A DNA stretch of 52,884 nucleotides. Source: Candidatus Thorarchaeota archaeon (GTDB taxonomy: Archaea; Asgardarchaeota; Thorarchaeia; Thorarchaeales; Thorarchaeaceae). This document shows, piece by piece, positions 8,609-18,590 of this stretch. The translations under genes were made by a program, and so were the position numbers. The DNA is taken from the NCBI GenBank assembly GCA_004376265.1, contig SOKL01000045.1:1-52884 (forward strand), given 5' to 3'. Under the pieces are notes generated by a model. It did not search any database and was not told the DNA's origin. It worked only from the letters and a program-made list of their open reading frames with translations. Each line of letters begins with the position of its first letter. Within the stretch, counting starts at the first letter, position 1.

Positions 8609-10756
8609 ACCAATGAACCACAAGTGTAACTGTGCAATGACCGGCAAGAACAGTGTTGCAGTTAGTGAGATGACAACAAGCAAAGTATTGATTGATGGTC
8701 CTGCAGTGTCTTTGAATGGATCGCCAACCATGTCTCCAGTGACAGAAATATCATGAACTCGATGCCAGTCCTCGGTTCCTTCTTCGTATGTCGTATATTC
8801 GGGGGATTCGATGATTTTCTTGGTATTGTCCCAAGCACCGCCTGCATTACCCATCAATAAGGCCATTATCAGACCAGATAAGACCGCACCACCAAGAAAG
8901 CCGGCAAGAGCCTGAAGACCGAGAATTACTCCAGTGGCAATGGTCACAATGATTGCTAGTAACGTACCCGGCATAAGCTCTCGAATAGCCCCAGAAGTCG
9001 CAATCTCTATACATTTGTCGTAGTCAGGTGTTGATGTGCCTTCAAGGATACCAGGATCCTCTCTGAACTGTCTGCGGATCTCCTCGATCATTCGCTCAGA
9101 GTTGCGTTCCACACCAAGAATCAAGATTGCTGAGAATACCACAGGCACAAGAGAACCCATGAGTGCGCCAGCTAAGACCGAGGGATGAGCTATATTCACT
9201 ACTACGAGTCCACTAATACCGGGTATATTGAGTGTATCAGTCGCTTCAATAAATGCTGCAAAGAGTGCTAGGACTGAGAGAGATGATGCACCAATGGCAA
9301 ATCCCTTTGTGATGGCTTTAGCTGTGTTTCCACTAGCATCCAGTTTATCACAAGCCACAATTGCCTCCTTGGGTGCTTGAGCTTGTTCGATAATCCCCCT
9401 TGCATTGTCTACTATCGGACCGTATGCATCAGAGCTCATTATCATTCCATTTGTGGAAAGAAGACCGACTGCAGCAATTGCTACACAATAGATGCCACCT
9501 TCCCACTCACCAAATCCTAAACCAGCACCAAGAGTATAGGAAATCACCATTGCTACTGCAATTCCAAGCACAGAAGGTAAGACACTCAGAAGGCCATACG
9601 CATAACCAGAGAGGATTAAATTAGCAGCACTTTTGTCCGCTGAATCGACCATCTTGGATACAGGCTTAAAACCAGCAAAGCCACGTTCGCTTGTGAAGAC
9701 ATCACTTGTGAAACCGATAAAGACTCCTGCAATAAGTCCAATAATGGCAACGATGGCAATTACATAGTTCAGCCCTAGTATGAGAATGATTGTAACCACA
9801 AGAATTGCGAATAGTAGAGTTGTGATGTAGGTCCCGCGATTAAGCATAGGCCCGGGGTCATGTCCCTCTTTTGGTCTAACCATGAAGACTCCCAACACTG
9901 AGGCTAGAGTACCTAAAGCTGCAATCATGAGGGGAAGCAATGCAAAGGGAACAGGGGGAGAGAAATGCAGATCTATACCAGCACCAAGAATTGCTGCAGC
10001 GAGGATTGCAGCTACATTGCTGTCGTATATGTCAGCGCCAGTTCCGGCTACATCTCCAACATTGTCTCCAACTGCATCAGCGATTGCTGCTGGGTTTCGA
10101 GGGTCGTCTTCAGGAATACGGTACTCAATCTTCCCAACAAGATCCGCAGAGAGATCAGCTGTTTTCGTAAAAATTCCTCCACCTGCTTTGGCAAACAATG
10201 CTACAGTGCTTGCTCCAAAGGAGAATCCAGTTAGGATTTCCCATAGACCGGCCTCGCGGGGAATGACTATGAAGGTCGAATCAGGAAGTATGATGTTCCA
10301 TAACCAGTATAATGATGTGAGGCCAACAAGTGCGATTCCTGCAATCATCAGACCCATGACTGATCCTGCTCGGAAAGCTACCTTGAAAGCAGGATTCAAT
10401 CCACCTGAGACTGCTGCAGCTGCGGTGCGGCGGTTTGCCTTGGTTGCAACTACTAGACCAATATATCCAGCTGCCATACTAGCAAGAGAACCTAAGATGT
10501 ATGAGATAGCGATGGGAATACCTAAGTCCCTGAACACAAGGGCTATCAGAACTGCAAGAGTGATTGTGAAAATCCCAAGAATTCGATACTGAACCTTAAT
10601 GAAAGAGTTCGCACCCTTCTCGATCAGGGAGCTGACCTCTTTCATCCGGTCACTGCCCTCATCTGACTTCATAACAATTCGATAGATGTATAGAGCAACG
10701 AAGACAGAGAGAAGACCAGATAATAGTCCAGTTGATAGAAACAGTATTTCAGACAT
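8600..10756 (-). CDS. hppA: membrane-bound ion-translocating pyrophosphatase, probably K+-independent H+-PPase
   Basis: GGGIFTKTAD, EDDPRNP, GDNVGD, DAYGPIVDNA, GGAWDN and GDPFKDTAGP motifs; GNTAK (Lys) at the K+-dependence determinant. Confidence 0.95.
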   Translation of the reverse strand: MSEILFLSTGLLSGLLSVFVALYIYRIVMKSDEGSDRMKEVSSLIEKGANSFIKVQYRILGIFTITLAVLIALVFRDLGIPIAISYILGSLASMAAGYIGLVVATKANRRTAAAAVSGGLNPAFKVAFRAGSVMGLMIAGIALVGLTSLYWLWNIILPDSTFIVIPREAGLWEILTGFSFGASTVALFAKAGGGIFTKTADLSADLVGKIEYRIPEDDPRNPAAIADAVGDNVGDVAGTGADIYDSNVAAILAAAILGAGIDLHFSPPVPFALLPLMIAALGTLASVLGVFMVRPKEGHDPGPMLNRGTYITTLLFAILVVTIILILGLNYVIAIVAIIGLIAGVFIGFTSDVFTSERGFAGFKPVSKMVDSADKSAANLILSGYAYGLLSVLPSVLGIAVAMVISYTLGAGLGFGEWEGGIYCVAIAAVGLLSTNGMIMSSDAYGPIVDNARGIIEQAQAPKEAIVACDKLDASGNTAKAITKGFAIGASSLSVLALFAAFIEATDTLNIPGISGLVVVNIAHPSVLAGALMGSLVPVVFSAILILGVERNSERMIEEIRRQFREDPGILEGTSTPDYDKCIEIATSGAIRELMPGTLLAIIVTIATGVILGLQALAGFLGGAVLSGLIMALLMGNAGGAWDNTKKIIESPEYTTYEEGTEDWHRVHDISVTGDMVGDPFKDTAGPSINTLLVVISLTATLFLPVIAQLHLWFIGLF

Positions 10757-10896
10757 TGTTGCCTCGGTTTTGCGATTGAAAACGTCATTATAGAAGTTGC
10801 TATTTGTTCTACAACTTTTAAAAATTTTCAGGAGTATGGCATGTTGAATGCAATGTTCGCTGGAAAGTTCTTGATTTTAGGTATCCCAATTTAATT

Positions 10897-11529
10897 TCAA
10901 TACCATTCAATCCGGCTGAGATATGGTTTCAATGCAATGGGAATCTTTGCTTGTTCCTTCAATTTCGCCTCTGCTGTGACCTTCAATTCAGAATCAAGAC
11001 CGAGTTTCATCAAATTTGGACAGAGAAAGAGTGCAGACACATCTATTGTCTTAAATTGATTCTTCTCCAATGTCAGATTTCGGAGCTTCTTGCACGTACT
11101 TAGGATTGAGAGGTCGATGCTCTCGAGTTTATTCTCATAGAGGTGGAGTGCTTTCAGGTCTTTGCATTTACCCAGTGAAACTAAATCAATGACCTTGAGC
11201 TTGTTAAATGATAAATCGAGGTGCATGAGACTCGTACATCCCTCTAAAGGTGACAAATCAATAAGTTCCATGATATTTCCATTTAGCGAGAGTTCCAATA
11301 GCTCAGAATGGTTCCGAAGCACTGAAAGATCGATGTTAAGTATCTCATTTCCCGAGAGGGTCAATCCCTCTAAGTTTGGGAATTGGTACAATACAGAGAG
11401 GTCAGTAGTTGCAATTCTCCTGTCATTCAGGTCAATGCTTGTTGTGCTGGTGTCGAAACGCTCGACCACTTTACCGCCTTTCTTTGTTTCGCTCCAGATT
11501 GTAATCTCTACCATTGGTGAAACATCCAA
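10897..11529 (-). CDS. leucine-rich repeat protein
   Basis: Tandem ~22-aa LxxLxLxxNxLxxIDLSxL repeats. Confidence 0.9.
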   Translation of the reverse strand: MDVSPMVEITIWSETKKGGKVVERFDTSTTSIDLNDRRIATTDLSVLYQFPNLEGLTLSGNEILNIDLSVLRNHSELLELSLNGNIMELIDLSPLEGCTSLMHLDLSFNKLKVIDLVSLGKCKDLKALHLYENKLESIDLSILSTCKKLRNLTLEKNQFKTIDVSALFLCPNLMKLGLDSELKVTAEAKLKEQAKIPIALKPYLSRIEWY

Positions 11530-11600
11530 GAGTTCTACTTATAGCCCCTACTTATACTCTGGTGTGGTTAGACCCTACAAAAACTACGCAGTTTCTAGTA

Positions 11601-11999
11601 TCAGCGTGCTTTCAGTTTTCTAATCGCAATCAAATCCTCAATGAATAGGATTCCAAAAATAATGTCGATTGTTACAACCAATACTACCCAGAGCGAAGCC
11701 TGTCCCAAGAAGAACCATGCAACACACGCAAGGAAAAACCAGGTCTTTTCGAAAACTGCCATCATGATGAGACCGTGGTTTTCCATCATGTTCTGACTGA
11801 CGAAGAAGAAACCAATCCCGAATACGAAGATTAGCCCCATTAACGAATCAAACCAGAGCAGGGTATTAGGAATCTCAAGACCAAATGCTGCGAAATATCC
11901 AACGTCTATCCTTGATAAAACAAAGAAAGCTATTGCTAGAGTCCAGTTCCATAAAGCCGCAATTAGAAACAATAGTCGGTGGTATCGTTCTCTGTCCAA
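11601..11999 (-). CDS. hypothetical four-TM membrane protein
   Basis: 132-aa hydrophobic ORF with AALWN, FGIGF and EK motifs. Confidence 0.7.
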   Translation of the reverse strand: MDRERYHRLLFLIAALWNWTLAIAFFVLSRIDVGYFAAFGLEIPNTLLWFDSLMGLIFVFGIGFFFVSQNMMENHGLIMMAVFEKTWFFLACVAWFFLGQASLWVVLVVTIDIIFGILFIEDLIAIRKLKAR

Positions 12000-12090
12000 G
12001 ATAATTCCCTGAAGTTATTAACCACAATTGCCATCATATAACTCCAATGAATCGAAGTGTCTAAAGGGAATCATCATCGAAATAACAGTG

Positions 12091-12909
12091 ATGATATTTC
12101 TTCACTCGGTAACTGCAGCGGCGATTATTCAGGCAATTGAGAAAGGGGTTGTACAAATAGACCTCTCATTAGATCTTGGAAGGACAATAACTAGGATCGA
12201 CCTGACTAATCCTTTTTGGAGTTTAGAGCAGCTTGAGAAGATAAAGAAGGACTCTGAATCGATTTACTTCGTCAAAGACGATCAGATTTTCAAAGCAGCA
12301 ATCAATGATGACCACTTCTACAAACTATTTCCAACTGGACATGAATCTGCACCAGCCTTGTTGATTGATGGAGTGCTTATGCATCGTGTCAAGGATATTG
12401 ACCCGATTGAAGATGCATCAATGAAAGCCGAGTTATGTGCGCGGAAAGGTGTTGACATGCTCGAAATATGTACAGGGTTGGGATACTCCACAATTGCTTG
12501 TCTTAGAAGAGGCGTGAGGAGTATCATCACTATCGAGATGAATCACCATGTGATTGAATTGTCCAGATTGAATCCATGGTCAAGGGAACTCCATAGTGAT
12601 GAAAGGGTTTCAATCATTCATGGAGATGCTGTGGAAAGAATAGAAGAATTTGATACGAAAGCATTTCATTCAGTCTTACATGATCCACCGAGGTTCTCGA
12701 TGGGATCAGAACTATACACTGCTGAGTTTTACTCTCAGATTTATCGTGTGTTGAAACCAAGAGGTGTGTTGTATCATTATGTGGGGTCTCCTGGTGGAAA
12801 ACATCGAAAGAGAGATCTTCCAAAAGGTGTTATTCAACGCCTTCGTAATGTTGGTTTTAATAATGTCAAGAGGAATAAAAGCACCCTTGGTGTTATCGCA
12901 AAGAAATGA
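12091..12909 (+). CDS. class I SAM-dependent methyltransferase (COG2521-like archaeal family)
   Basis: IDGVLMH, LEICTGLGY, HDPPRFS and ELY motifs; start may be 12088 or 12091 rather than 12028. Confidence 0.85.
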   Translation: MIFLHSVTAAAIIQAIEKGVVQIDLSLDLGRTITRIDLTNPFWSLEQLEKIKKDSESIYFVKDDQIFKAAINDDHFYKLFPTGHESAPALLIDGVLMHRVKDIDPIEDASMKAELCARKGVDMLEICTGLGYSTIACLRRGVRSIITIEMNHHVIELSRLNPWSRELHSDERVSIIHGDAVERIEEFDTKAFHSVLHDPPRFSMGSELYTAEFYSQIYRVLKPRGVLYHYVGSPGGKHRKRDLPKGVIQRLRNVGFNNVKRNKSTLGVIAKK

Positions 12910-12984
12910 TAACTGGGACCATAAGAAAGTAGAAGTAAGCGGGAATTTATTCAGACCTTATTCCCGCCACTTCAATCAGGAAGA

Positions 12985-14694
12985 CTAGCGATATTTCACA
13001 AAGTAAACAACTATCACAATTGCAGCAATTGTGATTCCAATAACCGCACCGATAATCAGAGGATCTATTTGAGTTGAAGGAGCACTTGCTGATAGTTCGA
13101 ACTCATAGTAGCCAGTGTAATTGTTTCCAATAAAGATTCTAAGGCTTGAACCACTCAGTTCAGACGGAAGTACAATACTAGCTTGACCTGTCAGTGTTTG
13201 ACCTGCTCCCACGGAAATCAGAGAATCCATGACTACATTTACAGAATCTAGCACATAAACAGCCTCTTTGCTCCCTAATCGTGGGCTCACACAATTCATC
13301 TGGACAGACATAGTGACATTTTCGCCTGAAAGGACCCCGCCAGACACACTAGGTATGCTGATGTCAAGTCTTGGTGTCATCTCTAGTAAATAGTCGAAGG
13401 CTGGTAACAATTCCTCCCAAAGAGTGTTGATGTATTCCTCGGTTGGATTGAAGTATCCATAGATCTCCTTCCATTCGCGGATTATGTGGGTGCTGTTCTC
13501 TAGAATGATTGGATGAGCTTCCACTCCATGAGCTGAGGCGTTAGTGTAGACCTCGAAAGTAATTGGAACGGTTGTACCACGTTCTGCGTACATCCAATCA
13601 CTCCAACCACCACTGAGTGAGGCATCAAGTTTGTCTTCAGAAGCCTGGGTGTATCCCAAGTAGTAATTGAAATCCTCTGGCAGAATATCACCATAGTCTG
13701 CAATCATCCCATAATACAGAGCCCCTTCAATCCAGTTTCCAATCCCATTAGTGGGGAAGTAAGTTGCATTTATCCCGGAATGCAATGAATAGGCCATTGC
13801 GAATCGGTGGTCTAGTACGAAGTCCCTAAATGCTTGGGTCTCAGGTTCAGAGAAAGGTCCTGTTCCATGATATATCTGGGTTGTTTCATCGGAAGAGGAG
13901 GATCCATCAGCACCGCCCCAAAATGTTGCATAGTTACGATTGAGGTCAACAAGTCCAACCTCATCCTCATTGAATTGGCCATCTCCATCATCGTCAATTC
14001 CTTCGTAGTATTCCCAATCATACGCCTCGTAGTGGGGCTCATCAGAAGGCGTATCTTTAATGTAGACTAAGAAATTGGAGATTGCGCCATCTCCATTCTC
14101 ATCATCGACATCATCCTCCCCGAAAAATCCGTCCAAATCATTATCGAAGGGTCGGAGGTTCTTTCGGAGCCAATGATTCCCTTCATTGACAACTACTTCA
14201 AGTGCATCTGGATTTAGGGTTGGGATGATAAATATCTCCTGAGTGTCGACATATTCTGTGATAGTTTCGTCTATCCCATAGTTATTGAGCAGATGAAGCA
14301 TAAAACGAAGAGCGAGCTCAACAGTGATCTGCTCGCGTCCGTGATGTTGCGCAACGACCAAAGTCTTTGCTTTTTGAACTGTGTTCTGTTCATTTGTGAT
14401 GCGGAGCGATGTGATGTTTCGTCCTTCATAACTCTCCCCAATCACCTCAAGGTCAACGAGCTGAGGTACCGTGGTGTGAATGTTCTCAATCTCTTCATCC
14501 AATTCCAGAGGATCATGGAATTGGTTGTCATAAATCAAAGAAAGCGTACTCCACGTTCTCGTCACTGATGCTGTAGTGACCTTCTCAATGGTTAGAACAA
14601 TCTCTGGTGTTTCTGAAGCCATCACCTGTATCGGTGCTAGGACCATCGTCAAAATTAGTGTAAAGAGTAGAATCTTGGTTTTGGAGTGTGTGAT
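12985..14694 (-). CDS. membrane-anchored M14 zinc carboxypeptidase
   Basis: HHGRE, NPD, RKN, VDLNRN, SEPET and LHSG motifs; DxDGDG Ca-binding loops; C-terminal TM; frame stays open upstream of 14652 to an ATC after GAGGTGA. Confidence 0.9.
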   Translation of the reverse strand: MTHSKTKILLFTLILTMVLAPIQVMASETPEIVLTIEKVTTASVTRTWSTLSLIYDNQFHDPLELDEEIENIHTTVPQLVDLEVIGESYEGRNITSLRITNEQNTVQKAKTLVVAQHHGREQITVELALRFMLHLLNNYGIDETITEYVDTQEIFIIPTLNPDALEVVVNEGNHWLRKNLRPFDNDLDGFFGEDDVDDENGDGAISNFLVYIKDTPSDEPHYEAYDWEYYEGIDDDGDGQFNEDEVGLVDLNRNYATFWGGADGSSSSDETTQIYHGTGPFSEPETQAFRDFVLDHRFAMAYSLHSGINATYFPTNGIGNWIEGALYYGMIADYGDILPEDFNYYLGYTQASEDKLDASLSGGWSDWMYAERGTTVPITFEVYTNASAHGVEAHPIILENSTHIIREWKEIYGYFNPTEEYINTLWEELLPAFDYLLEMTPRLDISIPSVSGGVLSGENVTMSVQMNCVSPRLGSKEAVYVLDSVNVVMDSLISVGAGQTLTGQASIVLPSELSGSSLRIFIGNNYTGYYEFELSASAPSTQIDPLIIGAVIGITIAAIVIVVYFVKYR

Positions 14695-15025
14695 CTCGGT
14701 TCACCTCGATGTTTTCTGTATAGCTAATTGGAGATTCGAACACTCTTCCGGATTTAGAATGCTTTGAGGTCCAATAGCAGACTTTCAGAGTACTTACAGT
14801 TGCTATAATAGGAGTTTAGTTTCACGTAACGCCTTGCGGTTTAGGTTTCCAAGCTGAGAAACGAACACCCTATAAGACATCCATGCATTTGCGCGTAAGT
14901 TGGATTGTCAAGAGTGCAAGAGTTTGGATAGAAACTCATAGAATAGTTATTTCTATGTGCCAACAATTCATAAGCATCTTTGTATACATGAGTACTGGAT
15001 TTGCGCAATTTAGGAGGTAGACCTT

Positions 15026-15637
15026 ATGCAATGGAAGAAAATTCTATTCGCGACAATTGTAGGAATAATTCTGTTCATCGTTGATATCAAAACTGGATTT
15101 ATCGCGTTCTCGTTAGGAGGAATACCTAGCATCTTCCTCATCGTGTTCATTGTGGGAATTCTTGCAGGTGACATCTCAGGAGGATTTGTTGCAGGGATAT
15201 TAAGTGAGTTGTTAGGAGTCGGACTGCTAGCGGTGATTCCTCAGATATTGATCCCCGAAGCTACAAATGTCATTGCAACAGATATTTTAGCTCGAATGTG
15301 GCTCATCATGGGAATATCAGTATCAGCCAGCACAACATATGGGATGGAACCAGTTCCATGGCTCGTCGGAATAATTCTCCTCGCATTCCTATTCTTATTG
15401 GCTCCATTCGTTTTCGGATTTGCCCTTCTATTCGGTCCTATTGGTGGTTTAATTGGTAGATTCATCTATCCAAGAATCTTCAAACCGAAAAGTGCTCCAG
15501 CACTAGTACCATCTCAAGAACCTCAACCCACACCACCAGCGCCCGAGCCTTTTACACCTGAGCCACAAGCTCCGGAAGAAGTCATAGAGGAAGAATCAGA
15601 AGATCAACCAAGTCTGGAACCAGAACCATCCGAATGA
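15026..15637 (+). CDS. hypothetical membrane protein with Pro/Glu-rich C-terminal tail
   Basis: AGGAGGT Shine-Dalgarno, Gly-rich TM helices, EPQP repeats. Confidence 0.75.
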   Translation: MQWKKILFATIVGIILFIVDIKTGFIAFSLGGIPSIFLIVFIVGILAGDISGGFVAGILSELLGVGLLAVIPQILIPEATNVIATDILARMWLIMGISVSASTTYGMEPVPWLVGIILLAFLFLLAPFVFGFALLFGPIGGLIGRFIYPRIFKPKSAPALVPSQEPQPTPPAPEPFTPEPQAPEEVIEEESEDQPSLEPEPSE

Positions 15638-15760
15638 TGTAGGAATATCAAAAGCAGAGGTAATTGTTCATAATATTAACAGTTATAACATATTATGTTA
15701 TAATAGTTGGTTAAGAGCTGTACACAATCCTATCAAACCCAAGCACAAAGGTTTGAGTAG

Positions 15761-16135
15761 ATGTCGACTGAATACCATGAAAAAGCTCTAAGAGACAGAA
15801 CAATGAAAGCTGAGGCAATTCCTGTGTCAGGTACAGAAACAAAAACAGAGTGTGGTCAATGCAGCTGTATAGTATTGTACACTTCCAAGTATTGTGTGTT
15901 CTGTGATGCTGCAGAGGAGATACTTGGTGAAGCTCTATCTAATTTTGGAGTCCCAAAAACTGCAATCCGTGAAGTCGATGTCGAAACTGAGGAAGAATGT
16001 GGTTGCAGAACCGATGATGTAACAATGTTACCAACAATCAAAGTCTGTGATAAGCAACTTACCGGACTTCCTGAAGAACAATCCATGAGAGACGCGGTTA
16101 TGCAGGCGATCATGAAGGACTGTTTTTGTGAATAA
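15761..16135 (+). CDS. thioredoxin/glutaredoxin-fold protein, Cys-rich
   Basis: LYTSKYCVFC active-site motif, EVDV, cis-Pro motif LPT, TGLP. Confidence 0.8.
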   Translation: MSTEYHEKALRDRTMKAEAIPVSGTETKTECGQCSCIVLYTSKYCVFCDAAEEILGEALSNFGVPKTAIREVDVETEEECGCRTDDVTMLPTIKVCDKQLTGLPEEQSMRDAVMQAIMKDCFCE

Positions 16136-16137
16136 TA

Positions 16138-16593
16138 TTAGAAATCAAGTCGGATTGTTTCCCAGCGCACCCTACCCTGTTCTACTGCTTCTTTGATCTT
16201 ACGTTCGGTTCGATTGAGCTTGGCATTTCCAGTTTTGATATCAGCAAGCACCACTGTTATTGGCTCGTCTGAATTGCCATCTTTTACGGCTGTGTAACCA
16301 TCAAAGATCAGATAATCTATTGGTGCTCCGATGAAACGAGCATCCGATGGATCATGCTTGAAGACATCCCTATACATTGGAATCATATGTTCAGCAATTT
16401 TTCCCTTCAGAACGTAACGACTTCTGTCCGCAGCATCTTTTCGGACCAAAGACTCTTGTTCCGCCCAAGTCTGCGCAAATTCCCTCTCCACAATTGCTAT
16501 CTTGTGGCGGAGTTGCATCTTCATTATCAGATATACAATCGCAGCTAAAACTAGACCAACAAACAGTCCGATTAGTGTATCCATAAAGGTCAT
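16138..16593 (-). CDS. Holliday-junction-resolvase-related predicted endonuclease (Endonuc_Holl family) with N-terminal TM
   Basis: SRYVLKGKIAEHMIP, DARFIGAPIDYLIFDG and DIKTGNAKL PD-(D/E)xK motifs. Confidence 0.85.
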   Translation of the reverse strand: MTFMDTLIGLFVGLVLAAIVYLIMKMQLRHKIAIVEREFAQTWAEQESLVRKDAADRSRYVLKGKIAEHMIPMYRDVFKHDPSDARFIGAPIDYLIFDGYTAVKDGNSDEPITVVLADIKTGNAKLNRTERKIKEAVEQGRVRWETIRLDF

Positions 16594-17017
16594 ACACTTG
16601 GATATGCGTTACCCCATATATTCTCGGGTAATAGTGGGGTATGATATGGCTGCAAGAAATTTGGACATTCTTGGACATTTTAGTATCGGTGCTTATATAC
16701 AATGGATAGAACAGTAAGGTGTAGAGTTGGTCTAGGACAAGAACCAAGTCCATGAACTAACTCTGCAGTCGCCGCGAGTTGCACGGAGACTGAAAACGCC
16801 TGTTGGAGAGGCCGTCAGACGTCAAAGGTCATGTACCTGTGATGCAGCCTCGATGAATCAGGAACCGAACATCGATCATGGAATGTGATGTTCAAGTTTG
16901 TATAAGTTTCGGGCAACGGTATTCTCTGGAGATTACATTTCAGATATGAAGAGTCTAATCCGCAAAGAAGCTGACCCTTAAGTGGGAGTTTGGCGAAAGG
17001 ATAGTTGGTGGTTCATC

Positions 17018-18058
17018 ATGTCGGAGGAAACACTAGACCTTCTAAAGACCCTGTCTGCAACCCCAGGTCCAGTAGGGAGAGAGGGAATGGTTCAGGATAT
17101 AATCAAGGAACATTTCAAACAGCACTGTGGGAGCTTCATACAGGATAGAATCGGTAATGTCATAGGCACACTCGAAGGCGATGTTGACAAACACTATGCA
17201 GTTGTGGCTCATGCTGACGAAGTAGGATTTCTAATCAGCAATATAGATGATAGAGGATTTCTCCGGGTCAAATGGAACACGCAAGGACATTTACCAGATC
17301 TCAGACTCATGCCTGGACAATGGGTATTGATTATGACTGAGAAAGGATTGATTCCTGGAGTCTTTTGTGTAAAGACGGCACACATTGCAGGACCTGAGGA
17401 CAAGAAACGAATTCCTACTTCTGAAGAGATTTTCCTTGATATTGGCGCAAACAATGAGAAGGAGGTAAAGGAACAGGGCATCAACATTGGTGATCCTGTC
17501 ATCTATGCAGCACCAGTAGAGAAGCTAATGGGTCATATTGTCGCAGGTAAGTCGATGGATGACCGAGTTGGTCTAACTGTGATGTTAGGAGTGCTTGAAC
17601 GATTTTCGAAAATTGCGAAAACCAAACGTCCCACCATTACATTCGTTTCAACTGTGATGGAGGAATTAGGAGCGAAAGGAGCGGCAGCAGTTGCAAAAGA
17701 TCTTGATGTGGATGAACTAATCGTCTTGGACATAGGCCTCGCAGATGACTATCCCGGTACAAAAGGAGAAGCGGGTGTTTCTTTGGGGAGTGGACCAGTA
17801 GTTGTCATCAAAGACAATGCGATGCACTATTCGTACGAATTAGTCCGGCGAATCATAAAGACTGCAGAGAAAGAAGAGATTCCCTTCCAGAGAGCTGTCT
17901 TTCACAATTATCTGACAGATGGCTTTCAATTCGCGTCACAAGGGCAGGTTGTTGCAGTCCTAGCAGTACCCTGTAGATACTCACATAGTGCATTCGAAGC
18001 AGTCAGTCTAATGGATGTGGAAATGACAATACATCTACTGATGAAATTGTTTGCCTAG
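17018..18058 (+). CDS. M42 family (TET-like) aminopeptidase
   Basis: AHADEVG, GKSMDDRVG, VMEELG, TD and RYSHS motifs. Confidence 0.9.
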   Translation: MSEETLDLLKTLSATPGPVGREGMVQDIIKEHFKQHCGSFIQDRIGNVIGTLEGDVDKHYAVVAHADEVGFLISNIDDRGFLRVKWNTQGHLPDLRLMPGQWVLIMTEKGLIPGVFCVKTAHIAGPEDKKRIPTSEEIFLDIGANNEKEVKEQGINIGDPVIYAAPVEKLMGHIVAGKSMDDRVGLTVMLGVLERFSKIAKTKRPTITFVSTVMEELGAKGAAAVAKDLDVDELIVLDIGLADDYPGTKGEAGVSLGSGPVVVIKDNAMHYSYELVRRIIKTAEKEEIPFQRAVFHNYLTDGFQFASQGQVVAVLAVPCRYSHSAFEAVSLMDVEMTIHLLMKLFA

Positions 18059-18453
18059 TTGTTGCTGATTCCCAAGAGCTCAACACGGACCCTCATACTT
18101 TCACGGGATACTATGACGACCTCTGTTCCGATTTCAATCTCACCCACATCACACCGTGCTTCCCAGATCTCAGCTCCAACCTTGATCTTCCCGGATACGG
18201 GTGTTACCGTGTCACTTACCGTACCCTTCAACCCTTTCAATTCATAGAACGGGTTTGGAGTTTCTAGAAGGGACGGATATACTAGATAGTACTTTCCAGC
18301 GACGAAGATTGCCGCTCCTATGATTAACAATATCGTGATTGGTAGAAGCCATTCCGGTTTCAGATAGTACACAATTATGATTGCAATTGGCACTAGAATC
18401 ATCTCATCAGCTGTTATCGCAATGAACTTTGCTCTAGGAGAGAAATCTACCAT
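18055..18453 (-). CDS. NfeD family protein
   Basis: Two TM helices then LKGLKGTV...GKIKVGAEIWEAR...IEIGTEVVIV OB-fold. Confidence 0.85.
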   Translation of the reverse strand: MVDFSPRAKFIAITADEMILVPIAIIIVYYLKPEWLLPITILLIIGAAIFVAGKYYLVYPSLLETPNPFYELKGLKGTVSDTVTPVSGKIKVGAEIWEARCDVGEIEIGTEVVIVSRESMRVRVELLGISNN

Positions 18454-18590
18454 TTCTTGAATCCAACCTTCATTTGAGTTTAATTTGGCATGAAAGAAGA
18501 AAAGGTTTTGCAACCCTGTAATGAAATTCAGGTCGTACGCATAGCATCATTGAATAGGGCGAATATCAGCGCTCTGCCAGTGACTACTGA

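Noticed and set aside
9882-10592. 236-aa plus-strand ORF, and similar long antisense ORFs (26715-27209, 28516-29046, 39508-40650, 45969-47552)
   Set aside because: Antisense shadows of well-supported genes (hppA, MoxR operon, thrC, sucCD)
14770-15000. Intergenic region between divergent genes with a short minus-strand ORF
   Set aside because: No SD, motif or structure; most likely just divergent promoters
16391-16753. 120-aa minus-strand ORF overlapping the endonuclease gene
   Set aside because: Alternative frame of a supported gene; composition not protein-like
16755-16910. GC-richer intergenic stretch with short hairpins, a minus-strand TTATA and C/D-box-like words (ATGATCG, CTGA)
   Set aside because: Box spacing and consensus too poor to call a C/D sRNA by eye; needs an Rfam/Infernal search or RNA-seq
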